The notes: a model not told the origin generated them from the letters alone. Numbered from the whole stretch's first letter, positions 27,711 through 37,491 are shown. The stretch: DNA of 63,939 bases, filler included, from Candidatus Woesearchaeota archaeon (GCA_018399355.1; 8 parts of 8 records of this genome joined end to end with filler, not necessarily neighbours in it), one strand, 5' to 3'. Numbers and translations are program-made.

Positions 27711-28347
27711 ATCAGAAAAAGGAAAGAGAAAACTTTTCACAGTAAATCTTGCTCCGGGGAAAAAGGTTTATGATGAGCAGCTTGTAAAAGAAAAAAGTAT
27801 TGAATATAGAGAGTGGAACCCGAGAAAAAGTAAATTAGCAGCTGCAATAATGAAAGGCGCATCTCAGATAGGAATAAAACCTGGCTCAATTGTTCTTTAT
27901 CTTGGATGTGCATCAGGAACAACTGCATCCCATATATCTGATATAGTTGGAAAACAGGGATTTGTTTTTGCACTTGATTTTGCCCCAAGAGTTATGAGGC
28001 AGATGGTTTTTGTTTCAGAACAAAGAAGCAATATAATGCCAATAATGGCAGATGCAAACAACACTGAAAGTTTTGAAAAATATGTAAAAACTGCTGATTG
28101 TGTATTTCAGGATATAGCCCAGAAAAACCAGGCAGAAATATTCATTAAGAACTGCAAGAAATTTCTTAAGAGCAGCGGTTTTGGTCTTTTAAGTGTAAAG
28201 GCAAGAAGCGTTGATGTGACAAAAAAGCCAAAAAAAGTCTTTGAGGAAATAAGAGCAAAGATTGAAAACGAGTTTACGATAGTTGATTACAGGAATCTTG
28301 AACCTTTTGAGGAAGACCACTGTATGTTTATATGTAAAAAAAGATAA
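27673..28347 (+). CDS. flpA: fibrillarin rRNA/tRNA 2'-O-methyltransferase
   Basis: YREWNPRKSKLAAA, VLYLGCASGTT.SH, FQDIAQ, KARSVD. Confidence 0.95.
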   Translation: MIKEHRQLKGIYESEKGKRKLFTVNLAPGKKVYDEQLVKEKSIEYREWNPRKSKLAAAIMKGASQIGIKPGSIVLYLGCASGTTASHISDIVGKQGFVFALDFAPRVMRQMVFVSEQRSNIMPIMADANNTESFEKYVKTADCVFQDIAQKNQAEIFIKNCKKFLKSSGFGLLSVKARSVDVTKKPKKVFEEIRAKIENEFTIVDYRNLEPFEEDHCMFICKKR

Positions 28348-28386
28348 ACAAAAAGAATATATATTATTAATAAAAGGCCAAATAAG

Positions 28387-29787
28387 ATGGTATTTAAAGT
28401 TTATAACACACTGAAAAGGAAGAAAGAAGAGTTTAAGGAGATTGAGAAAGGCCAGGTAAATATGTACAGCTGCGGCCCTACAGTATATAACTTCGCCCAC
28501 ATAGGTAATTTCAGGGCCATGATTTTCTCAGACTTAGTTAGAAGATACCTTAAATATAAAGGCTATAAATTAAAGCATGTAATGAACATAACTGATGTAG
28601 ATGATAAGACTATAAGGGATTCAAGGAAAGAAGGAGTAACATTAAAAGAGTTTACAGAAAGGTATACAAAATATTTCTTTGAGGATTTAGAAACACTGAA
28701 TGTTGAAAATGTTGATATCTATCCAAGGGCAACAGAGCATATAAAAGAAATGGTTAATTTGGTTAAGAATCTTCTTGATAAAGGATATGCTTACAAAGCA
28801 GAGGATGCTATTTATTTTAACATAAAAAAATTTAAGGATTATGGAAAATTATCCCATTTGAAAATAGATGAATTAAAAGCAGGGGCAAGGGTTGCAAACG
28901 ATGAGTATGACAAGGATAATGCCCATGATTTTGCGCTTTGGAAATTCTGGGATGAAAATGATGGTGATGTTTTCTGGGAAACAGAATTAGGAAAAGGCCG
29001 CCCGGGATGGCACATTGAGTGCTCTGCAATGAGCATGAAATATTTAGGAGAGAGTTTTGATATCCATACAGGGGGAGTTGATTTAATATTTCCTCATCAT
29101 GAAAATGAGATAGCCCAGAGTGAGGCAGCAACTGGAAAAGAATTTGTAAAATACTGGCTTCATAATGAGCATTTGTTAGTTGAAAATAAAAAGATGAGCA
29201 AGAGCCTTGGAAATTTCTACACATTAAGAGATCTTCTTGAAAAAAAGTATAATCCAATGGCAATAAGGTATGTTTTAATGGCAACGCATTACAGGCAGAA
29301 GCTTAACTTTACTTTTGAAACTTTGGAGGCAGCTGACAATGCAATAAAGCGCCTTGAAGAGTTCATGGAAAAGCTTGATGAATTCAATGGACAATCCAAT
29401 AATCCAAAAGTTGCTGAAATAATAGAAAAAGCAAGAAATGACTTTGAGGATGCTATGGACGATGACTTTAATGTTTCAATTACATTATCTGCTGTTTTTG
29501 ATTTTGTAAAGGAGATAAACAAGTTGATCATGAATAATAAAATGAGCAGCAAAGATGCTGAAAATGTAATTTCATTAATGAATAAGTTTGATTCTGTTCT
29601 TGGAATATTAAAAAAACAAGAAAAAGAGGAATTAAGCAAAGAGATAAAACAGCTGATTGAAAAAAGACAGGAAGCAAGAAAGAATAAAGACTGGGCTGAG
29701 GCAGACAAAATAAGAGATGAACTAAAAGAAAAAGGGATAATCATTAAAGACACAAAAGAAGGCGTGAGATGGGAGAAAATCAATTAA
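28387..29787 (+). CDS. cysS: cysteine--tRNA ligase
   Basis: CGPTVY..AHIGN, GRPGWHIECSAM, FPHHENE, KMSKS. Confidence 0.97.
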   Translation: MVFKVYNTLKRKKEEFKEIEKGQVNMYSCGPTVYNFAHIGNFRAMIFSDLVRRYLKYKGYKLKHVMNITDVDDKTIRDSRKEGVTLKEFTERYTKYFFEDLETLNVENVDIYPRATEHIKEMVNLVKNLLDKGYAYKAEDAIYFNIKKFKDYGKLSHLKIDELKAGARVANDEYDKDNAHDFALWKFWDENDGDVFWETELGKGRPGWHIECSAMSMKYLGESFDIHTGGVDLIFPHHENEIAQSEAATGKEFVKYWLHNEHLLVENKKMSKSLGNFYTLRDLLEKKYNPMAIRYVLMATHYRQKLNFTFETLEAADNAIKRLEEFMEKLDEFNGQSNNPKVAEIIEKARNDFEDAMDDDFNVSITLSAVFDFVKEINKLIMNNKMSSKDAENVISLMNKFDSVLGILKKQEKEELSKEIKQLIEKRQEARKNKDWAEADKIRDELKEKGIIIKDTKEGVRWEKIN

Positions 29788-29812
29788 ATAAATTTCAATA
29801 GAGGATAATAAA

Positions 29813-30289
29813 ATGGGCGGTGGAACTTCAACAGGAGAATTTAGAAGCGGAATAGATCATTTTTTATCAGAAGAAAGCAAACCAAACATAAGCAACCCTT
29901 ACATATTGGTGATTGGAAATATAGCTATTGGAGATTATTCAATAATAGAATACAATAACCTAAAAGATGCAAGAAACAGAGAGATTAAAGAAAATGAACA
30001 AAGTAAACTTACTAAAATTCTCAAAGTTGTTCCTTATGAAAAAGATAACCTAAAAAAACAGATTATGGGTTACGTTGTACACAAGTTTGAAGATGGAATT
30101 CAGCTACAGGACTTGCCTTTATCCATAGATGATGTTTTTATTGGGAAAAATCCAAAGGTATGTAAAAAAGAAGCAGATGAGAGGAAAGAAAAATATACTG
30201 GAAATGAAAAATACACAAATCCTATTTATGGATATTTCAAGCCAGAACAAGTAATGATAAGCTCTCTATACGAAGTTAAAGAAAAATAA
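29813..30289 (+). CDS. hypothetical protein
   Basis: 158-aa ORF with GAGG RBS. Confidence 0.7.
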   Translation: MGGGTSTGEFRSGIDHFLSEESKPNISNPYILVIGNIAIGDYSIIEYNNLKDARNREIKENEQSKLTKILKVVPYEKDNLKKQIMGYVVHKFEDGIQLQDLPLSIDDVFIGKNPKVCKKEADERKEKYTGNEKYTNPIYGYFKPEQVMISSLYEVKEK

Positions 30290-30384
30290 ACAATTGCAAA
30301 AAAATATCTCTTATAGATAATGTTATGACTTCTTAGTAATTACAAAATAGAAAAGCTTATAAATTAATATTGATTCTTAAATAC

Positions 30385-30915
30385 ATGGATCAAAGTCAGC
30401 TAAACAATATAAAAAACCTGAAAGATGGATATATAAAATCAATGAATATATTCTATAACTATTTACTCGGAACTAATAGTATAAAAAACGCAAAAATACC
30501 TAATCATTACAGTCTAAAAAAACTAAGCTATGCATTAGGAACTCTTCTTAGTGACTCAAAACAAATAACAGAAAAATTGGTTTACTCAAAATGCCCTTCT
30601 ATGGAAAGAAAGGTATATGACGAAGATATAGAGGGTATATGTAAAAAATCTAATGAAATGTTTGATGAAGCTAATAATCTAGAAAAAAGTTTAAATGTTA
30701 ATGTGCCTAAGTTCATACGTGACCAGAATGAGGAGATAAAAAAAGTATATAAAAATTCAAGGAAAAATATTGAACATTTGGCCGAGTTGGCAAATAAAGA
30801 TTTTATGTATGGAGTTAAGTACACATTAAGACAACAGGTAATAAGAATGGTTGGACAGTATGTCAATGTAAACCAGGCTTTTTTTGACTCAGATATATTT
30901 GATAACAAAAATTAA
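30385..30915 (+). CDS. hypothetical protein
   Basis: long AT-rich ORF with TATA-like box upstream; ATG at 30385. Confidence 0.65.
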   Translation: MDQSQLNNIKNLKDGYIKSMNIFYNYLLGTNSIKNAKIPNHYSLKKLSYALGTLLSDSKQITEKLVYSKCPSMERKVYDEDIEGICKKSNEMFDEANNLEKSLNVNVPKFIRDQNEEIKKVYKNSRKNIEHLAELANKDFMYGVKYTLRQQVIRMVGQYVNVNQAFFDSDIFDNKN

Positions 30916-30961
30916 CTCGGCGATTAACTGAAGTTTGCGAAGCAAATTTAGGGAAATTTTC

Positions 30962-31061
30962 NNNNNNNNNNNNNNNNNNNNNNNNNNNNNNNNNNNNNNN
31001 NNNNNTTAATTAATTAANNNNNNNNNNNNNNNNNNNNNNNNNNNNNNNNNNNNNNNNNNNN
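30962..31061. other. artificial contig spacer
   Basis: N44-TTAATTAATTAA-N44, stops in all six frames. Confidence 0.98.
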
Positions 31062-31543
31062 ATTTTCCTCAATTCTTGTTCTATATTAAAAATATTTTTT
31101 TCCTTTCCCCAAGCTAAAATTCCCAAAAGCACAAGAACTCCAACCATAGAAATAACAAATATTATCGGAGAAATAGGAAACATTCCTAAAGTTATCAAGC
31201 TGTAAGCGCCATGAATATTTCTTCTTTCACATATAAGCCAAAGGAAGTATATGAAGAAAGCGGCTGTAACTGAAATTCCGAAAATAGCAATAATATTATA
31301 TATTGCCTTCTGTGTTGCAAAAAGTATCCAGCTTATTAAAGGTATTAAAAAAACAAAACCATAATACCATTTTTTCTTGGCAATAACAGGAAAAAGAAAA
31401 AGGTTTATTATAGGTATCCAGGCAATCCAGTGGAATTTATAACCATATCTTAAAGCAAGACTACCAAGAGCAAACGCAAAATAAACATAAAACAATGAAA
31501 AAACAATCAAGAAATTTTTTAAGTCAATTATATACTCATACAT
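31062..31543 (-). CDS. multi-pass membrane protein, 3' truncated by the gap
   Basis: hydrophobic helices, WIAWIPIIN motif. Confidence 0.75.
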
Positions 31544-31567
31544 AAAATCACCCCTTTTTAAATTAAT

Positions 31568-31828
31568 TTAATGTTTTTGTTTATAAACTTTTCGGGATTT
31601 TGATTTGTGTTTGATATTTTTCTTCTCAAGCTCTTGTATTCTGTAATTTAATCTTAAAACATCAGAATAAATCAAGCCAATTGCAAATATCAAAAAGCTT
31701 TCAAAAATTGAGGTTAGTTTATTTAAGTAAGCAATCAATCCAACTAAAAAATAAATGATAACAATAAAAAAAAGAAAGACTTTTTTCTTGCAGCTCAATT
31801 TTTTGAAATGCTTATCAATTATATCCAT
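31568..31828 (-). CDS. small two-TM membrane protein
   Basis: two hydrophobic segments; overlaps the stop of the upstream HD gene. Confidence 0.6.
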   Translation of the reverse strand: MDIIDKHFKKLSCKKKVFLFFIVIIYFLVGLIAYLNKLTSIFESFLIFAIGLIYSDVLRLNYRIQELEKKNIKHKSKSRKVYKQKH

Positions 31829-32388
31829 CTTCTTTGATTAAAATATCCGTTTTCTTTTGCATAAGTTATTAATCCTTCAAAACCCTTGTTTAATTCAGGA
31901 AATTCAGTGAAGTGATATTGTATTAGTTCTCTTAAAAGTTTCTCAGTCCATCCTTTCCAGTCTTTTTTATAATCTAATTCATGCATTTGTGCATCAAGCT
32001 TGTCAATTGCCTTTGCAAATTTTGCTTCTTTTGTTTTATTTTCCTCGTACTCATTAACCAAATCTATAAATTTTGTTTTTAAGATTTTTGGAACTTCGTG
32101 TTTTAGTCTATTTAGTGAATCCAATTCTCTTTGTTTTTGGCTTTTTTTCTGTTCTTTTTTATGTATGGGGGTGTCTCCAGCATAAATTTCTACAACATCG
32201 TGGTACATAAGAAGTTCATAAACCTTTAGCCTGTCAATTTTTGTTTTCATTATACTTAAAAAATAATCAGCTAAGATAAGACAGCTCCAAGTATGCTCTG
32301 CAGAGCTTTCTTTTCTTTTTCCAACAGAATTCTGCCTGTAAACCTTCTTAAGCTCATAAAATTTCCTTAATTTCACCAATTCTTCCAT
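31819..32388 (-). CDS. HD-domain hydrolase (YfbR/HDDC2-like)
   Basis: ESSAEHTW, YHDVVEIYAGD, EAKFAKAIDKLD. Confidence 0.9.
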   Translation of the reverse strand: MEELVKLRKFYELKKVYRQNSVGKRKESSAEHTWSCLILADYFLSIMKTKIDRLKVYELLMYHDVVEIYAGDTPIHKKEQKKSQKQRELDSLNRLKHEVPKILKTKFIDLVNEYEENKTKEAKFAKAIDKLDAQMHELDYKKDWKGWTEKLLRELIQYHFTEFPELNKGFEGLITYAKENGYFNQRRWI

Positions 32389-32398
32389 TTTAAAAGGT

Positions 32399-32608
32399 TT
32401 ATTTTTTGATTTTTAATTCCTGCTTTATCTGCTTAAGCAATGTATTGTTTTTCTTTTCTGTCTCAAGAATCTTCTTTAAAATTTTGTTCCTGTAATAAGC
32501 CACAGTAGCATTAACTATAAATGCAATTACAGCTATCCCAAATAGTCCGCCGGCAACAAGAGAGACCTTTCCCCAGAATGTTGCAAAAAACTCTGCTAAC
32601 CCAACCAT
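32399..32608 (-). CDS. small single-TM protein
   Basis: GGAGG RBS, one TM helix and a basic tail. Confidence 0.7.
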   Translation of the reverse strand: MVGLAEFFATFWGKVSLVAGGLFGIAVIAFIVNATVAYYRNKILKKILETEKKNNTLLKQIKQELKIKK

Positions 32609-32673
32609 GTTATCATGCCTCCTTTTTGATTTTATTAAATTTGAATTATATAAAGCTTATTATATTGCAATAA

Positions 32674-32781
32674 TGAGCCTGCAGGGATTCGAACCCTGAT
32701 TAACCGGTCCGAAGCCGGTTGCACTCTTTGGCAAGGCCAAAGTCTTGTTTAGCACAAGTATCCAGGTTATGCTACAGGCCC
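32674..32781 (-). tRNA. tRNA-Arg(UCG) with ~34-nt D-loop insertion (32725-32758)
   Basis: GGGCCTG/CAGGCTC acceptor, ACCGG-CTTCGGA-CCGGT anticodon arm, CAGGG-TTCGAAT-CCCTG T arm. Confidence 0.88.
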
Positions 32782-32836
32782 ATAGAACTAAATAAGTTGC
32801 GTATTTAAAAAAGTTATTAAAAATTAAAAAGAAATC

Positions 32837-32953
32837 TTATCGAAAAGGGTTTTCTCCGTCTCCAACCCAAATATAAGAGCCATTCCTCTTATTTCTCAGT
32901 TTGAGGTATTCGTGGACTGAACGCTTGATTTTATCATATATTCCTTTAAGCAT
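32837..32953 (-). CDS. 38-aa small protein downstream of alba (not in ORF track)
   Basis: MLKGIYDKIKRSVHEYLKLRNKRNGSYIWVGDGENPFR; GGTGGT RBS; starts just after the alba stop. Confidence 0.55.
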   Translation of the reverse strand: MLKGIYDKIKRSVHEYLKLRNKRNGSYIWVGDGENPFR

Positions 32954-32967
32954 TTTTACCACCAGAA

Positions 32968-33249
32968 TTATTTCTTCTCCAAGGTTATCTCAATTGTTGA
33001 AACTCTTACCTGTTTTCCTTCTTTGTTTGTGAATTCCTCTGAATCAATCTTTATGTTCCCTAATTGAACCTGGTCATTTAAGAATCTCTTTGATGCAACC
33101 TCTGATACGTCAACTGCCCTTGAAATAAACTTACCACGGGCTTTTATTGTTATGTCTTTTGCATTCTTTGTTGTAAACTGCATAACTATCGCTGTAACAT
33201 AGTTCATAAATGGTTTTTCTCCAATGAAAATTGTGTTGTCTTCTGCCAT
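32968..33249 (-). CDS. albA: DNA/RNA-binding protein Alba
   Basis: IFIGEKPFMNYV, KARGKFISRAVDV, VSTIEI. Confidence 0.96.
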   Translation of the reverse strand: MAEDNTIFIGEKPFMNYVTAIVMQFTTKNAKDITIKARGKFISRAVDVSEVASKRFLNDQVQLGNIKIDSEEFTNKEGKQVRVSTIEITLEKK

Positions 33250-33278
33250 CTTAGTCCCTCCTCATCATCTGATGAATA

Positions 33279-33473
33279 TTAAATGTCTTTTTTGGTTTTC
33301 ATTAGCCTTGTAACATAACCAGCAACAACATTTCTTATTTTTGCTGATTTTATGTCTGCAAACTTACAAACTAATTTCTTATTCTCACTAAAATCCTCTT
33401 TAAAGTCCTGTCTATGCAAATCTACTAGTTTGTTTGTAACTCCTTTAATCAACTTTGTCTTTATTCTTCCCAT
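33279..33473 (-). CDS. rps17e: 30S ribosomal protein eS17
   Basis: MGRIKTKLIK...DFSENK...SAKIRNVVAGYVT. Confidence 0.95.
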   Translation of the reverse strand: MGRIKTKLIKGVTNKLVDLHRQDFKEDFSENKKLVCKFADIKSAKIRNVVAGYVTRLMKTKKDI

Positions 33474-33530
33474 GTAAACCACTTCCCTTATGGTAGTAAT
33501 GAACTCTTTATAAATTTATCTGAAATTTTT

Positions 33531-34328
33531 TTAAAAATTATTCGTTTTAAACAGCTCAGAGATAATCATTGCCCCTGTTTTCACAGTTATATCATTTATA
33601 TCCTTTTTCGGGTTTATTTCAACCAAATCAAAGGCTTTTAAGTTCCTTAAATTGCTTAAACGTCTTAAAAAAAACATTAAATCCTGTGTATTCATTCCAA
33701 ATGGCTCTAAATAGCCAGTTCCAGGCGCAAAAGCAGGATCCAGAACATCAATATCCAGTGAAATATACAAAGATCCAAAGTTAAGCGCTGCAGACATCAA
33801 GGCTTCTGAAACCTCTGTTAATCCCTCTGATATAATCTCTTTCATTGAAAAGAATTTTATCTTGTTTTTCTTAAGGTAATCATATTCTTTTGTATCCCAT
33901 CTTCTCAATCCCACAATTATAATATTGCTTTTTCTTAAATACTTTTCTTCTATTAAAACCCTTAAATAATCCTCATGTGTTGGGGGGCTGAAATTATTCT
34001 CACAGTCGGGGTGGGCATCAAATACAATAATCCCTGGATTATCAAACTGCTTTGAAAATGCCTTAAAGCAGGGATATGTTATTGAATGATCCCCTCCTAG
34101 GATTATGGGCATTTCATCATTCTGGATGATATAATTGTAAATGTTTTCGTTTGTTTCGCTTATGTTGCAATTATTAACATTAACAGTCTCAACATTAAAA
34201 TCTAATTTGATTCCTCCTTGGTTAATTGATATTTTCCTCAATTCTTCAACAATTTTACTAGGAGCAAGCTCTGTACCATTTGTTTTTCCAAGCCCTCCTG
34301 CTGAAAAGGGTATTTTAATTATCTTCAT
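33531..34328 (-). CDS. ureohydrolase (agmatinase/arginase family)
   Basis: GGDHS, DAHPD, SLDIDVLDPAFAPGTG, VEINP. Confidence 0.92.
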   Translation of the reverse strand: MKIIKIPFSAGGLGKTNGTELAPSKIVEELRKISINQGGIKLDFNVETVNVNNCNISETNENIYNYIIQNDEMPIILGGDHSITYPCFKAFSKQFDNPGIIVFDAHPDCENNFSPPTHEDYLRVLIEEKYLRKSNIIIVGLRRWDTKEYDYLKKNKIKFFSMKEIISEGLTEVSEALMSAALNFGSLYISLDIDVLDPAFAPGTGYLEPFGMNTQDLMFFLRRLSNLRNLKAFDLVEINPKKDINDITVKTGAMIISELFKTNNF

Positions 34329-34408
34329 ATTTTATTTTATTTGCATTTATTATTTAAAGGTTTTTGAAATGCAAAACTATAAAAACAAAAAACAAATAGT
34401 TTCCAGTT

Positions 34409-34753
34409 ATGGAATATAAACAGGTTATTTTAATAAGGCATGACCTTAAACTTGATAAAGGGAAGATGGCGGCGCAGGCAGCCCATGCGTCTGTTGAATC
34501 AGTTTTAAGGTCTGATAAAGATATTGTTAAAAATTGGAGAAATCAAGGAATGAAAAAAGTGGTTTTAAAAGTGAAAGATAAAGATGAGCTTATGAAATAC
34601 AATCAGCAAGCAAAAGATATGGGTCTTAAGACAGCTTTAATAACTGATGCTGGAAAAACTCATATTGCTCCGGGAACAATCACTTGTTTAGGAATTGGAC
34701 CTGATAAAGAAGAAAGAATAGATAACATAACAGGCAATCTTAAAATTTTTTAG
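34409..34753 (+). CDS. pth2: peptidyl-tRNA hydrolase Pth2
   Basis: KGKMAAQAAHA, KKVVLK, DAGKT, GIGP. Confidence 0.96.
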   Translation: MEYKQVILIRHDLKLDKGKMAAQAAHASVESVLRSDKDIVKNWRNQGMKKVVLKVKDKDELMKYNQQAKDMGLKTALITDAGKTHIAPGTITCLGIGPDKEERIDNITGNLKIF

Positions 34754-34799
34754 TTCTAAGGCAAAAGCTTTTAAATGAACTAAAGTTTCCAAAAAACGC

Positions 34800-34902
34800 G
34801 GGCTCGTAGCTCAGCCTGGAAAATATTTCACAAGAAATATTGGGCAATAGTAGCAATCGGCTCTTAACCGATAGGTCGGGGGTTCGAATCCCTCCGAGCC
34901 CA
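34800..34902 (+). tRNA. tRNA-Lys(CUU) with ~29-nt D-arm insertion
   Basis: GGGCTCG/CGAGCCC acceptor, ATCGG-CTCTTAA-CCGAT anticodon arm, GGTTCGAATCC; TTTAAA box upstream. Confidence 0.85.
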
Positions 34903-34970
34903 CTTATTAAATTTCTTTAATAAAGACAGCACCAAAAATTATATAAACAAAACAATTAAACATCAATTCA

Positions 34971-36065
34971 ATGAAAGCAGCAATCATAAGTTTGGAAAGC
35001 GAAAGTTCTAAATGGACTATTGAAGCAATGAAAAAATATTTCGATAAAGTTGACAGCATAAATATAAAAGAAATAGAAGTCAGGGCAGCAAAAAACGATA
35101 TAAAAATATATCATAATGAAAAGCTGCTTGAAGGTTATGACTGCATTTATGCAAAAGGCTCTTTCAGGTATGCCTTAACCTTGACAGCAATAACAACTGC
35201 ATTGTTTGATAAGTGCTATATGCCTATATCACCAGAGGCATTTGATATTGTCCATGATAAGTTTTTAACACAACTTGTTTTGCAGAAAAATAAGATACCT
35301 ATGCCTACTGCGTATTTTGCTCCAACAATAACTGCGGCAAAAGAAATACTCAGAAAAGTAAACTATCCAATAATAATAAAGCTGCCGAAAGGAACAGGAG
35401 GAAAGGGAGTTATGTTTGCAGAGTCATTTCCAAATGCAAGCTCTCTTCTTGATGCAATAGGACCATTAAAAGTTCAAGTTGTTGTACAGGAATACATTGA
35501 AACAAACAGCACAGATACAAGAGCAATAGTTGTAGGGAATAAGGTTGTTGCAAGCTACCAAAGAAAAGCAACAAAAGGAGAGAAAAGGGCAAACATCCAC
35601 ATGGGAGGAGTTGGCGTTAAATGCGTTCTTGATGAAAAAACAAAAAAAATTGCAGTGAAAACAGCAAGAGTGCTTAATTCAGATATTTGCGCAGTGGATA
35701 TACTTCAGACAAATTTAGGCCCAATGGTCATAGAAGCAAATCTTTCTCCAGGACTTCAGGGCGCAACCAATACAACAGGCGTTAATGTTGCAGAAGAAAT
35801 TGCAAAATTCCTTTACAAAAAAACAAAAGAAAGAAAAGAAAAAGGAAAGGTGAGGGATGCATCAAAGGTATTTGAAGACCTTGGAATAAGGTCAGCAGGT
35901 GATGAAATAAAAGAAATAATAATCAATCTTGACTTCAGAGGAAACAGGATTTTGCTTCCAGAACTTATAACCAAAATAACAAAATTTGATGAAAAAGATG
36001 ATCTTGTAATAAGGGCCGATAAAGGAATTCTCAGTATTGAAAAGGTTGATGGTGGACAAAGCTAA
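34971..36065 (+). CDS. RimK-family ATP-grasp ligase with C-terminal AbrB-like extension
   Basis: HDKF, GTGGKGV, QEYI, RANIHMGG, AVD, EANLSPG. Confidence 0.88.
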   Translation: MKAAIISLESESSKWTIEAMKKYFDKVDSINIKEIEVRAAKNDIKIYHNEKLLEGYDCIYAKGSFRYALTLTAITTALFDKCYMPISPEAFDIVHDKFLTQLVLQKNKIPMPTAYFAPTITAAKEILRKVNYPIIIKLPKGTGGKGVMFAESFPNASSLLDAIGPLKVQVVVQEYIETNSTDTRAIVVGNKVVASYQRKATKGEKRANIHMGGVGVKCVLDEKTKKIAVKTARVLNSDICAVDILQTNLGPMVIEANLSPGLQGATNTTGVNVAEEIAKFLYKKTKERKEKGKVRDASKVFEDLGIRSAGDEIKEIIINLDFRGNRILLPELITKITKFDEKDDLVIRADKGILSIEKVDGGQS

Positions 36066-36067
36066 AA

Positions 36068-36725
36068 ATGAGAGTTGCTTGTCTTTTTTCTGGCGGAAAA
36101 GACAGTGTTTTTGCAGCTTATAAGGCAATAAAAAACAATCATGAAATATGCTGCCTGGTTACAATAAAGTCAAAAAGAAATGATTCTTACATGTTTCACA
36201 TTCCAAACATTGATTTTGCAAAAAAGCAAGCAGAAGCAATGGAAATGCCTGTAATTTTCTTTGAGTCTTCCGGAATAAAGGAAAAAGAATTAGATGATTT
36301 AAAGGATGCGATTAGCCAAGCAAAATCAAACTATGATATTGAAGGAGTTGTATCTGGAGCACTTGCATCAAATTATCAAGCAGAAAGAGTAAAAAAGATC
36401 TGTGATGAACTAAATCTTGAATCAATAAATCCATTATGGAAAATTAACCAAGAAGAGTATCTTCACCAGTTGATTAAAGAAAAATTCAAGGTCATAATTA
36501 CAGGAATTGCTGCTGACGGGCTTAATAAGGAATGGCTAGGAAGAGTTATTGATAAAGACTGTATTAATGACCTTAACAAGATTTATGAAAAAAACAAAAT
36601 AAATGTTGCTGCAGAAGGAGGAGAATACGAAACTTTTGTTTTAGACTGTCCTGTTTTCAAAAAATCAATAAATATAGATGATTTTGAAGTTAAAATGGAA
36701 AACAGCTGCACCGGAGAGTACAAAA
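36068..36725 (+). CDS. dph6: diphthine--ammonia ligase, 3' truncated by the gap
   Basis: FSGGKDS, DSYMFH, SNYQ, PLW, EGGEYET. Confidence 0.92.
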
Positions 36726-36825
36726 NNNNNNNNNNNNNNNNNNNNNNNNNNNNNNNNNNNNNNNNNNNNTTAATTAATTAANNNNNNNNNNNNNNNNNNN
36801 NNNNNNNNNNNNNNNNNNNNNNNNN
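36726..36825. other. artificial contig spacer
   Basis: N/TTAATTAATTAA/N linker. Confidence 0.98.
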
Positions 36826-36872
36826 AAATTAGAAGAATATTGTATTCCAGAATTAAAGGAGAAAAGCCAAAA

Positions 36873-36995
36873 ATGAACATTTATGTTAGATATTGTAAAA
36901 AATGTGGAAGAGCATACGACAGAGGAACAAATTATGATACTTGCCCAGAATGCAGGATGAAGGAAATAAAAAGGAGAAGAAAGAAGAAAAAATGA
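36873..36995 (+). CDS. 40-aa zinc-finger protein
   Basis: MNIYVRYCKKCGRAYDRGTNYDTCPECRMKEIKRRRKKKK; ATGA-coupled to the next ORF. Confidence 0.7.
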   Translation: MNIYVRYCKKCGRAYDRGTNYDTCPECRMKEIKRRRKKKK

Positions 36996-37189
36996 ATGAA
37001 ACTTTAGTAAGTAGTTTGGATGTTGGAACTTCAACATGGCTTGATGTTATTGTTGTAATGGGAGTAATTATTGCAATTATTTCTATAATTTTCTTTTTTG
37101 CATCTGTTAGAAAAGAGAGAAAAAAAGAATATGCAGAGAAGTTAGTAGAAGAAATAAAAAGGGAGGATCAGGAAAATGGAAGAAAATAA
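36992..37189 (+). CDS. small single-TM protein
   Basis: ATG at 36992, one TM helix and a charged tail. Confidence 0.65.
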   Translation: MNETLVSSLDVGTSTWLDVIVVMGVIIAIISIIFFFASVRKERKKEYAEKLVEEIKREDQENGRK

Positions 37190-37361
37190 ACTATTAGGAA
37201 TGGGTTTTTTTATTGGATATTTTGGTTTTGGTTATCCAATTATTTATGCTTATAATGGGTCTTTACTTGCAGGTTTGATTAATGCAATAATTGGTTTTAT
37301 TTTTACAATTTTAATAATAAAATGGTGGAGGCCTAAAAATAATGGAATTAAAAATAAATAA
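37176..37361 (+). CDS. small two-TM protein
   Basis: GGAGG RBS; hydrophobic 61 aa. Confidence 0.65.
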   Translation: MEENKLLGMGFFIGYFGFGYPIIYAYNGSLLAGLINAIIGFIFTILIIKWWRPKNNGIKNK

Positions 37362-37485
37362 CAAATATCAAGAAGTGAATTTCTGGAGTTTTATGAAGTG
37401 TAGCATATTAGTTCAGTTGGCATTTGCAGGAATGATCTACGGAACACTTTTTATATTTGGAATAATACTTGCAATATTTTCATAA
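37342..37485 (+). CDS. 47-aa membrane protein
   Basis: MELKINNKYQEVNFWSFMKCSILVQLAFAGMIYGTLFIFGIILAIFS; GGAGG RBS. Confidence 0.6.
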   Translation: MELKINNKYQEVNFWSFMKCSILVQLAFAGMIYGTLFIFGIILAIFS

Positions 37486-37491
37486 ATTGAA

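Noticed and set aside
33250..33280. C/D box sRNA between rps17e and alba
   Set aside because: An ATGATGA is present on the minus strand but no properly placed D box, and there is no room for a guide
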